A stretch of 64,000 bases of DNA from Octopus sinensis (GCF_006345805.1 NC_043000.1:148118001-148182000); one strand, 5' to 3'. Numbered from the stretch's first letter, positions 12,067 through 25,983 are shown. The notes: generated from the sequence alone by a model not told the origin. Translations and numbers: made by a program.

Positions 12067-15000
12067 TATGTCCCTTTACAATATAAGTTCAGATCCTGCT
12101 GGGCTCAACATTGCTTTTTATTCTTTCCAGGGTTGATAAAATAAGTACTGGTCAAGTGCTGGGCGTAATATAACCTACTCCAGAATTTGTGGCAATGTAC
12201 CTATGTTAGAAATCCTTGTATTTTAAAATTCCATTGCTATTATAATAATGGCATTGCATAAATGTAATAGTTGTTAACCTAGTTATTAATATTACACTTC
12301 TTTTTGATGTCAAGAGGATAAATAATACATTTTTGCATGTTATGAAGGTTTGGCCTGCATGTCATCCTTCCTTCTGTTACTCCACCTCCCCCAAAATCCA
12401 CTTGGCTTATGCATGAAAGCCTATATTAGTCCAGCTTCATTCCTTCCTCCGTCCATTTCACTGGTCATTCCGTCGTATATATCTCTCATCTATCATAAAC
12501 ATCTCGAATCTCATCATCTATGTTGCTTACTGTCTTACTCTCATCTCCTTGGCTGATCCCACCCTCCACGATCCCCTACCACTCTTTCTTTCAATGACTC
12601 TCTCTGGATCTTTGCTACCCTCATCTATTTTCTCTTCTCATACCTTCTATCCCTACTCACCTTTATAATGTGAGATAACTCTGGAACCTCTCTACACAAC
12701 CCACGTCATCACCTTTACCACTCTGTCCTTCCATTTCTTGCTAACACTGGCTCTAATCCCTTTCCTTCCCCCTTGTTCCTTCCATACTCTTGCAATAATG
12801 ACTACTTTGTTACTCTCTTCAGGACTTCCACCTTCTCAATTGTCAATCTGTTTCTCATCACACTTCATCATCTTGCCTAAAATCATCTCTCTCCCTCTTT
12901 ACCTATTCCCCCTCAGCTACAACTTTTTAGTTTTGCAAGTTGCAAGACCTCACTATTGCTGGTACCATGTAAAAAGCACTCAGTACACTCTGTAAAGTGG
13001 TTGGTATTGAGAAGGGCATCCCGCTGCAGAAACTTTGCCCAAACCAACTCTGACATGTTGGCTTCTATGAAATTTCTCAACTCATGCCAGCATGGAAAGC
13101 AGACTTTAAATAATTATGATATATATATCCATATATAGCATAGTTTTAATGTTCACTTTTCAAAACTTAGATAGGTTAGATGAAATTTATTGAGGCAGGT
13201 TTTCTATAGTTGGATGCCCTTTCTGTTGACAACCCTCACCAGTTTCCAAGCAAGGTAATATTTCCTCATGCTCAGATATGTTTTCCACAGAAGAGTGGAA
13301 ACAAACATTGCTTCTATAAAAGCACATGCATACATGACTGACTTCTTTCAGTCTTTGCTTAGTGAATTCACTCACAAGACATTGGTTAGCCAGGAGCTAT
13401 GGCTGAAGTGTTGTGTAGTGAAACTAAACTCAAAACTACATGGGTTGGAAGGAAGCTTCTTAATTTCACAGCCGCACCTGTGACCTAGTAGCATGTTACA
13501 TTGATTATTATCTAAAGTGTGGCCACTTAATACTTCTCTGTAATTAAATAGTCCACTTTGCTGCCAGTTGTGCTATATGGATTGGCATAGGTGTATTGTT
13601 ATGAAATTTTGGGTTCCATCCCACTGCAGAGCATCTTGGGCAAGTCTCTTCCACTACAACCTTGGGCTGACCTATACCTTGTAAGAGAAATTAGAAGACA
13701 GAAATTATACAGAAGCCTTGTGTGTGTGTGTGTTTACTCACTAGTGTTGGTACCATGTGAAAAGCACTCAGTCTGTAAAGTGGAATTATGATCAGGGTAT
13801 TTCAACCATGAACATCGTTTTTAAGCTATTGAGATGTAACTGGAAGAAGATTTGATTGCTTTTTCCATTACATTGTGTGATGACATAGAGCAGTCATGGA
13901 CAAACTGTGGCCCATGGAACTTTCTGAATGGAATGTCTAGCAAAAAATTACCTTTAATATTTTAAGTAGTGCAGGATATCTCTTGATCAACCATGTCCTA
14001 TGCAGCCTGTTTCTTGAAAACAGTTCCCCAAGCCTGACCTAGTCTTACTTGTTATTGTTTAGACTTTGTGAAGTAAATAATTTTATACTCCCTACCTTAA
14101 ACTCATCTTCACAAAACCTAGTGTTCTTATCCTTCCTTGACCCCATCCCATCCATTTTTCTCATTTTCTTCCTTTACCAGGACTGCATTCCTCTTGGAAT
14201 TACTCTTACTAGTGTTATATATGTAGACTAGACTTCATGTATAGTAATTCAAATGGAACCTAATCTTAACCTACATCAGCCAAACCATGCTTCAAACTTT
14301 AATCTGGGTTTAGAGAGTTGAGCTTAGGATTGACTGTAATCAGTTAACTGTTTGGTGCTCACCTATTAGATACAACATTGGTTTTTAATCATTCTATTGT
14401 GTTGTTGCTACTTATTTTGCTGCAACTACCACAGAGAAAATGCTGCAATAATCCAAGCTCATACCATGGTTTTAGTTCCCATGTCAAGTCATTTCACTTC
14501 ATTTATGTTTTTTTTTTTTTTTTTTTTTTTTGGATCATAAATGGTTCAGTTGAAAAAATACTGGAGCAACCGACTGGGAGGACTTTTTATTATTTTTTTT
14601 TTATCCCATCACTGATTTATGACCACCATTGCATTTATGACCAAGACACTTTGCTCTTAATCCCTCAAGGTACCTAGCTGCATGAAGTTCCTGAAGAATC
14701 ATGTAAATTCATTGCTTCCAGCATTGGCAGCACCCTAAAAAACCAGAAGTGGCTTGCTATACCATGTTGAAATCTGCCCTGGAAAAAAGTTATTGGCAAT
14801 AGACTGGTATGGTTATTTTCAGGAGATTTATTTCATATCTACTTAACACCACTGGAACTGTGTATAAATGCTGGTTCAATGGGTCATGAAAGTTGGCAAT
14901 AGGAAATAATAATAATATTGGGAATGTTTTTAGAAAAGGTATGAATACTACATCAATTGCATTTTCCCCCTCTTCTATAAAGCTGAAGCGTTGCTCATTC

Positions 15001-15074
15001 ATATATATAATTACTGTCCACCGTCCCAGGGTCTCTAGAGCCCATGCCTCCCACACCCTCAGGGTTCGCACCAT

Positions 15075-15458
15075 CAGAATCGAAATCGATCAATGGAAAT
15101 CGATCAATGGAAATTGCAGATGTGTTACCAGTGCCGGTGGCATGTAAGAGAACTTTCCGTTTCGCGACCGTTGCCAGCACCGCCCCGTTTCGTGTCCGTT
15201 GCCAACCTCGCCTGGCACGTAAAAAGCACCATCCGTTCGTGGCCGTTTGCCAGCTCTGTCTGGCACCAGTGCGGGTGGCACGTAAAAAGCACCCACTACA
15301 CTCACGGAGTGGTTGGCGTTAGGAAGGGCATCCAGCCGTAGAAACATTGCCAGATCAGACTGGGTCTGGTGCAGCCTTCTGGCTTCCCAGACCCCAGTAG
15401 AACCGTCCAACCCATGCTAGCATGGAAAACGGACGCTAAACGATGATGATGATGATGA
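15075..15458 (+). mobile_element. Family C: RTE LINE 3' UTR remnant with (GAT)n tail
   Basis: gcacgtaaaaagcacc repeats, then ggttggcgttaggaagggcatccagccgtagaaac, ending ggacgctaaacgatgatgatg. Confidence 0.8.
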
Positions 15459-15542
15459 TAATATCATTATTTTATTGACACTGACAGATGCAGTTTTATG
15501 TCAGTGTGAATTTCCTGAGAGATGATTAGATTTTATTTATTA

Positions 15543-15915
15543 CTAGCAGTATTGCCCGGCGTTGCTCGGGTTTGTAAGGGAAATAACTATATAAGCATTT
15601 TTAGAGAGTCATAGCCAAAAAATGGAAAAAAAATTATGGTAAATTTTTTTTTTAGTTAAAAAGGTCGAGTTGCGTCCCCTAGACAGTCTGTGGTTTGTGT
15701 TTCTGATTCTCGACGCCATGTCGAATTTATCGATTTTTTTCAGAACTGGGGGAACTTTTCAAAGTTTTCGCTGCGTTAGTTTTGAATTATGACATTGGGC
15801 TATGTGTGTGTCAAGTTTCATCAGAATCGGTTGAAAGCCGTGGTCAGGGTGAGGGTACAACCTAACAGACACACAGAAACACACACAGACAAACTGCCGT
15901 TTATATATAGAGAGA
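15543..15915 (-). mobile_element. Non-autonomous Helitron, subfamily 1
   Basis: Minus strand reads A|TCTCTCTATATATAAA ... CCCGAGCAACGCCGGGC (hairpin) aatactg CTAG|T. The 3' ~110 bp are shared with 33699-34081. Confidence 0.8.
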
Positions 15916-16676
15916 TAGCATTACTATTTTTTAACCAATAACGCACAAAATTGCAGATGGAACATTGAATTTAGCATTTTAAGCTAGTAATTGTAGTATT
16001 TCACCATTTATTAGCATCCACAGCTATTCTAAAAAAGTAATAGTTATAGATTTCTGAATCTCTATTATAATGATACTAATGTTAAATGTATTTGTGTGTG
16101 TGTGTGTGTGTATGTGTGTGTGTGTGTGTATAACTAAAACACTGTCTGCTCTTCCTCCCACCATGTTATCACACCTCTTAGTAATTCATACCTCACATCA
16201 TTCTGACATCAACTACTCCTACAGAACAAAATAATGTGTGTATGAGAGAGAAATGTTTTTTTTTGGTAGATGAGAGCATCATCTGGTCTACCCACTGTAT
16301 CATGTATAGCTGTCTAACTAACAGTTTTCTCTTATGTGAGGTGGCATCAATGTATGAAGGCTACTCTCAGTTTCCACCAATTGAGCTTCTACATGGTCAT
16401 TTAATTTACTGGAGAGAGCAGCCAAATTTCCTCTAAATCACATTGTACTGTCTCAGATAAAGGATATTATAATTCCTGATGTACAAAATGATGGGATTTT
16501 CATGACTGGAATGTTTTTCATACAAGGTCTATTCTCTCAAGGTTGATCTCAAATCTTTTGGTAGTCTATCTCAGAATTTGGCATTCATTTATTCCACTTA
16601 TTTATATCATCACATATGTTCTGTAAACAGAGTCCTTATCTTTTCTTTAAAGAAAAAAAAAAAAGTTAACATTATA

Positions 16677-17088
16677 GGCGCAGGAGTAGCTGTGTGGTAA
16701 GTAGCTTGCTAACCAGCCACATGGTTCCGGGTTCAGTCCCACTGCGTGGCATCTTGGGCAAGTGTCTTCTGCTATAGCCCCAGACCGACCAATGCCTTGT
16801 GAGTGAATTTGGTAGACGGAAACTGAAAGAAGCCTGTCGTATACATGTATATATATATATGTGTGTGTGTATGTGTTTGTGTGTCAGTGTTTGTCCCCCC
16901 TAGCATTGCTTGACAACCGATGCTGGTGTGTTTACGTCCCCGTCACTTAGCGGTTTGGCAAAAAGAGACCGATGGAATAAGTACTGGGCTTACAAAGAAT
17001 AAGCCCGGGGTCGATTTGCTCGACTAAAAGGCGGTGCTCCAGCATGGCCGCAGTCAAATGACCTAAACAAGTAAAAGAGTAAAAGAGT
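16677..17088 (+). mobile_element. SINE family A, full length
   Basis: ggcgcaggagtagctgtgtgg ... gtaaaagagtaaaagag. Confidence 0.9.
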
Positions 17089-17672
17089 TATTAAATATAT
17101 TTTCAAGGTTTCCAGTTGATATATCATCAGCATTTTCTCACCATTTTGCTATTAATTTCTCTGACTGAATAGACTTTCCATAAAGAAAAATATTACTATT
17201 CATGGCCTTTATAATTAGATGCATTATGTTGTGACAATATCTTTTAGTGCATATGAAATACCACTTTAATTCTTGTGTACATATTCATTGTTCTGTCTAA
17301 ACATCAATTTCATATTATATATTCTACACATTATTTAAATTTTTAATGTCATATGCAATCCCAATTTGAACAGTTTTTGCTGACTTTCGGCAATATCCTG
17401 CAGTTTTCTTATTGATCATTTATAGCAGAGCAAAGCATTTGTACTCACAAAGTTTCAAGTGTCTGTTGTCTAATTTTGCAGTTGTCATTCTTCTTTCATT
17501 CTAAGTATCTGTTGTAGCAGAGGTATTTCTGGTGTCATCATTATTGTTTCTCTTATTGTAATTAGCTCTGAAGGTGGCTACTATTAATGCTTACTGTTGG
17601 TTACTGACTCATTTCCTCTTCTTCCTAAAATATATATATATATATATATATACTTTTTTTTTTTTTTTGCAG

Positions 17673-17727
17673 GCAATACTTACAAAGCTTCAGAAAGATC
17701 TCCGAAATTACCTAAACTGTTTAAAAG
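17673..17727 (+). CDS. Amph: Amphiphysin/BIN1-family N-BAR protein, internal coding exon (55 nt; AILTKLQKDLRNYLNCLK+G)
   Basis: Poly-T acceptor ttttttttgcag at 17672. Translation matches BAR helix 1 (RLQKDLRTYLASVK in vertebrate BIN1, recalled). Donor is AAG|GCAAGT (GC type). Splices in frame to 35549. Confidence 0.93.
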
Positions 17728-18207
17728 GCAAGTTTCATACACTATGTAATTTAATGTATAAAAGTAACAATGATTATATGTGCCTTCTTTTATGTGTTGT
17801 ATGTGTATTTCAAGCAAGCCCAGACTCTAAGGTTTATATTCTTATGTTGCTAGCCACATATATAAACTTGATTGCAAATTCTTACTCAAGTCATGGTAAT
17901 ACGAAGAACAAGTGCTTGTCCTTGATTTCTGTTATGACAAATGTCTTAAAGATAGGTCTTCAAAAGATACCAGACAAAGAAAGCCAGTACTTTTTAGTTC
18001 AGAACAATAAAATTCATGACCTCTGTCCAAACAAATACTAATCTCAATCAATGCTTAGTCTGTATATATGTGTAAATAATAAATATGTATTTATTTATAA
18101 TGTCACAGACATTTGAGTGGTTTACTACATTATAAAATTCTCATAAAATGGAATTGTGGAAACACTGAGATTAGGCTTGTTTAAATGTTTGAATATTTTA
18201 ATTATTA

Positions 18208-18600
18208 TAAGGCGACAAGCTGACAGAAACGTTAGCTCACTGGGCGAAATGCTTAGTGGTAATTCATCTGCCGCTACATTCTGAGTTCAAATTCCGCCGC
18301 GGTCAACTTTGCCTTTCATCCTTTCGGGGTCGATTAAATAAGTACCAGTTATGCACTGGGGTTGATATAATCGACCTAATCCGTTTGTCTGTCCTTGTTT
18401 GTCTCTTCTGTGTTTAGCCCCTTGTGGGTAGTAAAGAAATAGGTATTTCATTTCTCTTTACTTTCTGATTTCAAATTCAGCTGAGGTCGACTTTACCTTT
18501 TGGGGGTCGATAAATTAAGTACCAGTTGTGTATTGGAGTTGATCTAATCAACTGGCCTCCTCCCCCAAAATTTTGGGCCTTGTGCCTAGAGTAGAAAAGA
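18208..18600 (+). mobile_element. SINE family B, full unit plus partial second unit with a different tail
   Basis: Head taaggcgacaagctgacagaaacgttag. Second unit starts aggtatttc at about 18441 and ends ccttgtgcctagagtagaaaaga. Confidence 0.78.
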
Positions 18601-18898
18601 ATATTTTAATTATCACGGTTATACAAGAAAACCTCTGCAAGAATCTGTGAATGAAGTTTTTTTTTTTTTGTTCTTTCTAAACTTTAGTCTGTTACCTTTT
18701 TTGATACCTGCCCACCAAAAACTGACCTTATTCTACATTACAAACTTCACCTTTTTAAAGCGATCTAAGATGAAAATTTTCTTCAAAATTTCATGTTAAT
18801 TTATGCTCTACACACAAGCTTAATATTGAGTTATTTTATTAAATTGTTCATTATATTCAAAACCAATCGAAACATTATATTCAAAACCAATCGAAATA

Positions 18899-19329
18899 GG
18901 CGCAGGAGTGGCTGTGTGGTAAGTAGCTTGCTTACCAACCACATGGTTCTGTGTTCAGTCCCACTGCGTGGCATCTTGGGCAAGTGTCTTCTGCTATAGC
19001 CTCGGGCCGACCAAAGCCTTGTGAGTGGATTTGGTAGACGGAAACTGAAAGAAGCCTGTCGTATATATGTATATATATATATTTGTATGTGTGTGTATAT
19101 GTTTGTGTGTCTGTGTTTGTCCCTCTAGCATTGCTTGACAACCGATGATGGTGTGTTTACGTCTCCGTCACTTAGCGATTCGGCAAAAGAAACCAATAGA
19201 ATAAGTACTGGGCTTACAAAGAATAAGTCCCGGGGTCGATTTGCTCGACTAAAGGTGGTGCTCCAGCATGGCCACAGTCAAATGACTGAAACAAGTAAAA
19301 GAGTAAAAGAGTAAAGAGTAAAAGAGAGT
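18899..19329 (+). mobile_element. SINE family A, full length
   Basis: Head, body and GAGTAAAA-type tail all present. Confidence 0.9.
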
Positions 19330-19901
19330 GGCAGTGTATTTCAGTAGAAATATGGTGACAAAAGTGTTAAACTTATATTGGTATTTCATTTAGTTGAATA
19401 ATTGCTGAAATAATGAAAAAAAGACAATCATTTGCAGTTTTATACTTTGTAATTTTAAATTAAAGCCTTTACTGATATCTATTGATAGCTGACATTTCAA
19501 TACAACTTCCTCAATGACTATTCATTCCTGTTCATATGAAATTTACTTACTTAGGTACATTCTGCCAAAAAGAGCAAAATTATGTTAGTATGTCAATTCC
19601 TATTCAGACATATGTTAACATTAATACAGCTAACCTCTTAAATGGGTGACTATAAAACCTCTCTGAATACAATTGCTATCCCTTTTCAAATTATCTGAAA
19701 CATTTCTCTTTCATTTCCTTTTCAAGTGAACTAACTTTTGAAAATAATGGATGCATATCATTCATGCGAACTCTTATCTTTCCTAGTCAAAGGATTAGCG
19801 TAATAATGGGGTTTATTCCTGTCCCCAGTCAGTAATTCTTCATCTATTTTACATCTCACAATATTTTCTTCTCGTGTTTCATCTTATCTTCTTTCTGCTG
19901 T

Positions 19902-20128
19902 TTAACCCTTTAGTGTTCAGATTATTCAATCAAGCATAATGCCTATTGATTCCCATTGATTTGAATTAATCAGGCATTATCTCATATCTTCAAGATCTTG
20001 ATGGTGTAATTACTTAATGTAGAATAACATTGTAGGGTAGGTGTGAGAGCCTGGATCTGGTCAGTTTGAACATAAAACAGATTCAATATTTTGGCCAGAT
20101 ATGGCCAGTTTAAATGCTAAAGGGTTAA
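19902..20128. mobile_element. TTAA-flanked piggyBac-type MITE, family 1
   Basis: TTAA|CCCTTTAGTGTT ... AATGCTAAAGGG|TTAA. A second, oppositely oriented copy lies at 62878-63104. Confidence 0.75.
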
Positions 20129-20344
20129 AGTTGAGCAGCTTCTGTGTAGCCAAGAATTTCTTTGTTTTTACCTGCTATAATATTTGAAGAGTTGTCTCTT
20201 CACTAACTTACTTTTACACTCTCTCTGGCTTCTCATTCATTCTTTCATCTTTCTCTTCTTTACTCTTTTTCACTCTCTTTTCCTCTCTCACTTTCTCTCT
20301 CTCTCTCATATAGAATTCAATTTGATTTAAAAAGTAACGCTATA

Positions 20345-20743
20345 GCGCAGGAGTGGCTGTGTGGTAAGTAGCTTGTTTACCAACCACATGGTTCCGGGTT
20401 CAGTCCCACTGCGTGGCACCTTGGGCAAGTATCTTCTACTATAGCCTCGGGCCGACCAAAGCATTGTGAGTGGATTTGGTAGATGGAAACTGAAAGAAGC
20501 CTGTCGTATATATGCATATATATATATGTGCGTGTATGTTTGTGTGTCAGTGTTTGTCCCCCTAGCATAGCTTGACAACCGATGCTGGTGTGTTTATGTC
20601 CCCGTCACGTAGCGGTTCAGCAAAAGAGACCGATAGAATAAGTACTGGGCTTACAAAGAATAAGTCCCGGGGTTGAGTTGCTTGATTAAAGCCGGTGCAC
20701 CAGCATGGCCACAGTCAAAATGACTGAAACAAGTAAAAAGAGA
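20345..20743 (+). mobile_element. SINE family A
   Basis: Matches the family A pattern end to end. Confidence 0.88.
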
Positions 20744-20975
20744 AAAAAAAAATAACCTTCAACAGAATACCAATGCAGGAAGCTTGTTTGAATTAGTTCA
20801 CTTTGAAAACATCCTAAGTGATGGACCCTTGATGAAATTGCGACTAGGATGCATAATTGCATACGCAACAGTGTGCAGTTGAAACATATGCTGGTCATTG
20901 TTATATATACTGTAGAAAATTTTTTAATAAAAAGTTTTGGATATGAATAAATCTCCACTCTCCTCTTTGTTTTCA

Positions 20976-21270
20976 TCATCATCGTTTAGCATCCGCTTTC
21001 CATGCTGGCATGGGTTGGACAGTGCAACTGGGGTCTGGGAAGCCAGAAGGCTGCTCTAGGCCCAGTCTGATCTGGCAATGTTTCTACGGCTGGATGCCCT
21101 TCCTAACGCCAACCACTCCATGAGTGTAGTGGGTGCTTTTTACGTGCCACCGGCACAGATGCCAGACGAGGCTGGCAAACGGCTATGATCGGATGGTGCT
21201 TTTTACGTACCACCAGCACAGAGGCCAGGCGAGGCTGGCAAACGACTACGATCGGATGGTGCTTTTTACG
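20976..21270 (-). mobile_element. Family C RTE 3' UTR remnant
   Basis: catcatcatcgtttagcatccgc (reverse tail); gatgcccttcctaacgccaacc core. Confidence 0.8.
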
Positions 21271-21723
21271 TATATATTATATAGCTGTGTAGTTAGAAAG
21301 TTTGCTTCCTAACTACAGTAATCCTTTGATTATTGTGGGTGTTATGTTCCACCCCACCCCCTTGTGATAGGTGAAAATTCACGAATTTTTTAAATTTATT
21401 TTTATAATTAGTATATATTTATTTAATTATAAATGCAAAACACCACCACAGAGGAATCGATGTAAGCTTAAATAATAAACTGCGATATGGCGAGGGATTA
21501 CTATACATGGTTTCAGGCTCAGTCCCACTACATGGCACCTTGGCCTAGTGTATTCTACAATAACCCTGGGCCAACCAAAGTCGTGTGTATAGCTGTGTGG
21601 TTAACAAGCTAGCTTCATAACCACATGCTTTTAGGTTCATTCTTAGACCAACCAAAGCTTTGTCAGAAAATTTGGTAGACTGAAACTGAAAAAAAGCCAT
21701 TGTAATGTACGTATGTGTTTGTA

Positions 21724-21933
21724 TACTCTTTACTCTTTTACTTGTTTCAGTCATTTGACTGCGGCCATGCTGGAGCACCACCTTTAGTCAAGCAAATCGA
21801 CCCCGGGACTTATTCTTTCTAAGCCCAGTACTTATTCTATCAGTCTCTTTTGCCAAACCGCTAAGTGACGGGGACGTAAACACACCAGCATCAGTTGTCA
21901 AGCAATGCTAGGGGGACAAACACAGACACACAA

Positions 21934-21966
<33 letters not shown>

Positions 21967-22134
21967 CATATATACGACAGGCTTCTTTCAGTTTCCGTCT
22001 ACCAAATCCACTCACAAGGCTTTGGTCGGCCCGGGGCTATAGCAGAAGACGCTTGCCCAAGATGCCATGCAGTGGGACTGAACCCGGAACCATGTGGTTG
22101 GTTAGCAAGCTACTTACCACACAGCCACTCTTGC
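21724..22134 (-). mobile_element. SINE family A
   Basis: Reverse complement of family A; decayed family A pieces precede it (about 21510-21720). Confidence 0.88.
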
Positions 22135-22615
22135 TATGTACATTAATTTTTTTTTTTTTAATTTAAAGGTAATTTTGGTTGGCCACTAGCACAATCACAA
22201 AGTTGTCAAGGAAAGCATCTTGTTTTATTCATCACCCTTTAAATCTCAAAGTTTTACAGATTTCCATTGTCCTAGATATAATCATTTGTAAAAAATGAAT
22301 TAAGAAGTCGCACTCCCTCTCCAAGAATTGAAGCTCAGCCATACTTTGCTGTAAGTGAATTGGTATGTGTCTTGTTGCTTCAATAGGTACAAAAATGAAA
22401 GTGTTTGTTGGGTACTAGATTTGCAAGCCCCTTATCAATGGTCCACAGTTGTTCTCTTACATTTTTTTAACCTCATTAGTGTCTATAGAGCAACTAATTT
22501 CTGCAACAGATCTTGTTTTCTCTTGTGGCCAGTTGTGTTTTAACTATGTGGCTATTTTAATTTTTAAGTTCCAATATTCTTTTGATCCATTGATCAAAAT
22601 AATATTGATATGTAT

Positions 22616-23202
22616 GCATGTGCCGGCCACGTTCGGAAAAAGCACTGTCCGAACGTGGCCGATGCCAGCGCCGCCCCGACTGGCTTCTGTGCCGGTGGCA
22701 CATAAAAAGCACCATCCGAACGTGGCCGATGCCAGCGCCGCCCTGACTGGCTCCTGTGTGCTGGTGGCACATAAAAAGCACTATCCGAACGTGGCTGATG
22801 CCAGCGCCGCCCCGACTGGCTCTTGTGCCGGTGGCACATAAAAAGCACCATCCAAACGTGGCCGATGCCAGCACCGCCCCGACTGGCTCCTGTGCCGGTG
22901 GCACATAAAAAGACCATCCGAACGTTGCCAGCGCCGCCTGGCTGGCTTCCGTGCCGCTCGCACGTTAAAAGCTCCTACCGATTGTGACCGATGCCGGACC
23001 TCCCCTGGCACCTGTGCAGGTGGCACGTAAAAAGCACCCACTGCACTCACGGAGTGGTTGGCGTTAGGAAGGGCATCCAGCCATAGAAACTCTGCCAGAT
23101 CAGACTGGAGCCTGGAGCAGCCCCTGGCTTCCCAGACCCCGGTCGAACCGTCCAACCCGTGCTAGCGTGGAAAACGGACGTTAAACGATGATGATGATGA
23201 TG
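22616..23202 (+). mobile_element. Family C RTE 3' UTR with about six tandem ~67-bp units
   Basis: Unit accatccgaacgtggccgatgccagcgccgccccgactggctcctgtgccggtggcacataaaaagc repeated 22644-23035, followed by the core and (GAT)n tail. Confidence 0.85.
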
Positions 23203-24340
23203 TATGTTATGTATGCCCATTATATATGTATGCATGTTGTGTGTATGTGTGTGTCTGTGTGTATTTCGTTTTTGGATTTGGTTTGCAAGATTCTCTATGT
23301 GAGTTCGTGTGTTGAAGCATATTCTGTTGTGTCTGGGGAGAGTCATTCTCTTTTGGTGCCTTATAATTTAAAACACTCACCGGTAAGATTTCCACTTATT
23401 TCTTTTTTATGTTTCTAAAATTTTTGTTGCGTCTTGCAACCTTTTCAATAGTTTTGACTCTGTCCATTACTCACACTGCATTCCTTTTTGTTTGTTTGTG
23501 CACATCTGTGTGTGTGTGTGTCTATACATGCATGTATGTATGTGTGTGTGTATGCATATATGTGTGTGTGCATACGTATCTATTTATGTGCGTATTTCTG
23601 TGTTTGTGTGTTTTTATGTATATGTGTGTGTATATTTGGTCATGTGTTTCAGTCTTCATTTGCATATGTGTGCTTGTCTGTTCATATAACCTATGTACCT
23701 ATGCGTCTGTATGTTGATCTGTTTACTTTCATATCCATACGCTTACATACATGTGCATATACAAAAAAATATATATATAAATATATATACACCCACCCAC
23801 ACACATACATCTATCTACATAACAGCCCACTAACTATACTACTCGTGTAAACTGTGGGTAAAGTAGAATAGTTAGTGGGTTGCTATGTAGATAGAAGTAT
23901 GTGTGTGGGTTGTTATGTAGATAGGTGTGTATGTATGTATATATATATATATATATATAATATATATATATACATATGAGTTCAGCAAAAATTTAGATTC
24001 AGATGAATATGGTACTTAAGTTGAGGCACCAGAATTTAATACAGTATTATCCATACAATTTCAAAATTAGGTGATTAGAATCAAAATAGGCAACAAGGAT
24101 ATCCAGAGGTAATGCAGTATGATCGTTTCATGCAACTCCATTTAATTGAACAATGCAACCATTACATCAATTTAAATGCAGAGCAATCCTCAGTTGCAGA
24201 AAGACATAGAATTTAATTAAATTAAAACAGATGGATACATTAATATAATTTTACCTAAAATCTCCAAGAAGTTAAGGAGATAGACAAAGAACATTGTTTC
24301 CCTTCCTTCCACTTAGAAGCTACTTAGTTATCAGGAAGAA

Positions 24341-24598
24341 AGACTTGTTACAGTTTTTGCTTGTCACTTTTATATGGGGTCGGGTTTTAATTTATAGACT
24401 AGTTTTATCAAATCCCTGTATATCTAAGGCTGGGTCTGTTAGGGGTAGGGCTGAGGGAGCCGGCAGAAATCATAGTGGGTATAGTCATAAAAATCAAGAT
24501 TTATTTGAAGCAATATCATAGGATTTGGTAACAGAAAACTTAAATCAAGATGTTAGCTGACAATTAATTAAGGGGGCCCTTAAATCTGTAACAAGTCT
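24341..24598. mobile_element. Putative MITE with 17-bp terminal inverted repeats
   Basis: AGACTTGTTACAGTTTT at the left end and AAATCTGTAACAAGTCT at the right (one mismatch). No clear target-site duplication; single copy in the window. Confidence 0.5.
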
Positions 24599-24610
24599 AT
24601 ATATATATAT

Positions 24611-24767
24611 ATTTCTTTATTGCCCACAAGGGGCTAAACATAGAGGGGACAAACAAGGACAGACAAAGGGATTAAGTCGATTACATCGACCCAGTGCATA
24701 ACTGGTACTTTATTTATCGATCTCGAAAGGATGAAAGGCAAAGTTGACCTCAGCGGAATTTGAACTC
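24611..24767 (-). mobile_element. SINE family B, 5'-truncated
   Basis: atttctttattgcccacaagggg ... gcggaatttgaactc. Confidence 0.8.
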
Positions 24768-25983
24768 TCTCTATATATATATATATACATGCATGTGTGT
24801 GTGTACATATATACATTTAATGTATAGACGTGCAGATACACACATATACATGTTATGTATGCATGTAATACATGTATGTATGTGATGCATATAATGTGTA
24901 TAATGTTATGTTTGTAAGTGTTTAATGTTATCTGTCTGTGTAATGTTATGTATGTAATATTAATGTAATGTATGTGCTTGATACTTTGTAGTGTATGCAC
25001 AGCGTTGATAAGCCTCAGGTTATAGTGAAAGACACTTGTCTAAAATACTGCATGGTGAAATAGAACTTAAGGTTTAGTGGTTACAAAGCAAACTCTACTT
25101 CCACTCCTGCACTCGCTCATATTTTCTGACTCAATGTTATTTTACAAGTAGTGTTCTAAACTCTACTTCAAATCTCTCCATGAGATAGTAAAACTTAACA
25201 CATCCTGTCACATGTTACTGATGTTTGGGTGCTTCACCTGTTATAAAATATTTTGATTAGATTTGCTGATTATACAACCTTGATAACTTAGTTTTCTCGT
25301 ATTTTAATTGTTTTATTAATTTGCACTTTGCATTTAGACTCAAAGTGCAATAATGCAGAGCTCACCCTATAATTCTACAATGCATTAACTGCTGAAACTG
25401 TTATTTAAGTAAAAAAAAAAAAAGATTAAGTATTGATTTTTATTATTTAAGAAAAAAAAAACAAAAAAAAAAGAATATTAAATAAAAATATTAATTAAAC
25501 TTCTGTTATTTAAAGACAAGGACAACTCTTAAATTTATAATTGAAGAAGACAATTTTTTTCTTTACACACCCATAGAAGTTGTAAAATAAAAGCAAACAT
25601 AAAATTAAGTAAAACCCTTCCCCAGGCAATTTGATTTTTGTTCCTCTTCCTCTTATTTAAATTGGAAGTGTATTTGTTAATTGTTGCATGATAGAATAAG
25701 CCTGAACTATAATAAATAGCTTCCACTAGAGGCATCATAATTATTTCAGGCAGTATTTATTAATCTCCATTAATGAATTGTCAAAGACTGCTTGTATCTA
25801 CTCCTACCTTGTTATTGTTAAGTGTATTTTATTCATTCATTTAGTTTGTGTTTGAAACAGGGCTTGGCTAATTTCAGTATAGTATCTTCTTTCATTTCAT
25901 TCATTATGTTCCGAGTTCAAATTAATCTGTGGGTTAACCAGTTTATTCCACTGAATATACTCAGCCTCCATAGAAAAACTAGC

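Noticed and set aside
18848-18896. Direct repeat cattatattcaaaaccaatcgaaa just before a SINE A
   Set aside because: A local tandem duplication on one side only, so not a target-site duplication.
22616-23035. ~67-bp repeats with a constant ggcacataaaaagcacc part, and overlapping ORFs
   Set aside because: The variable parts are homologous to each other, so they are not spacers. The ORFs recur in every family C copy and match no protein motif I recognise.
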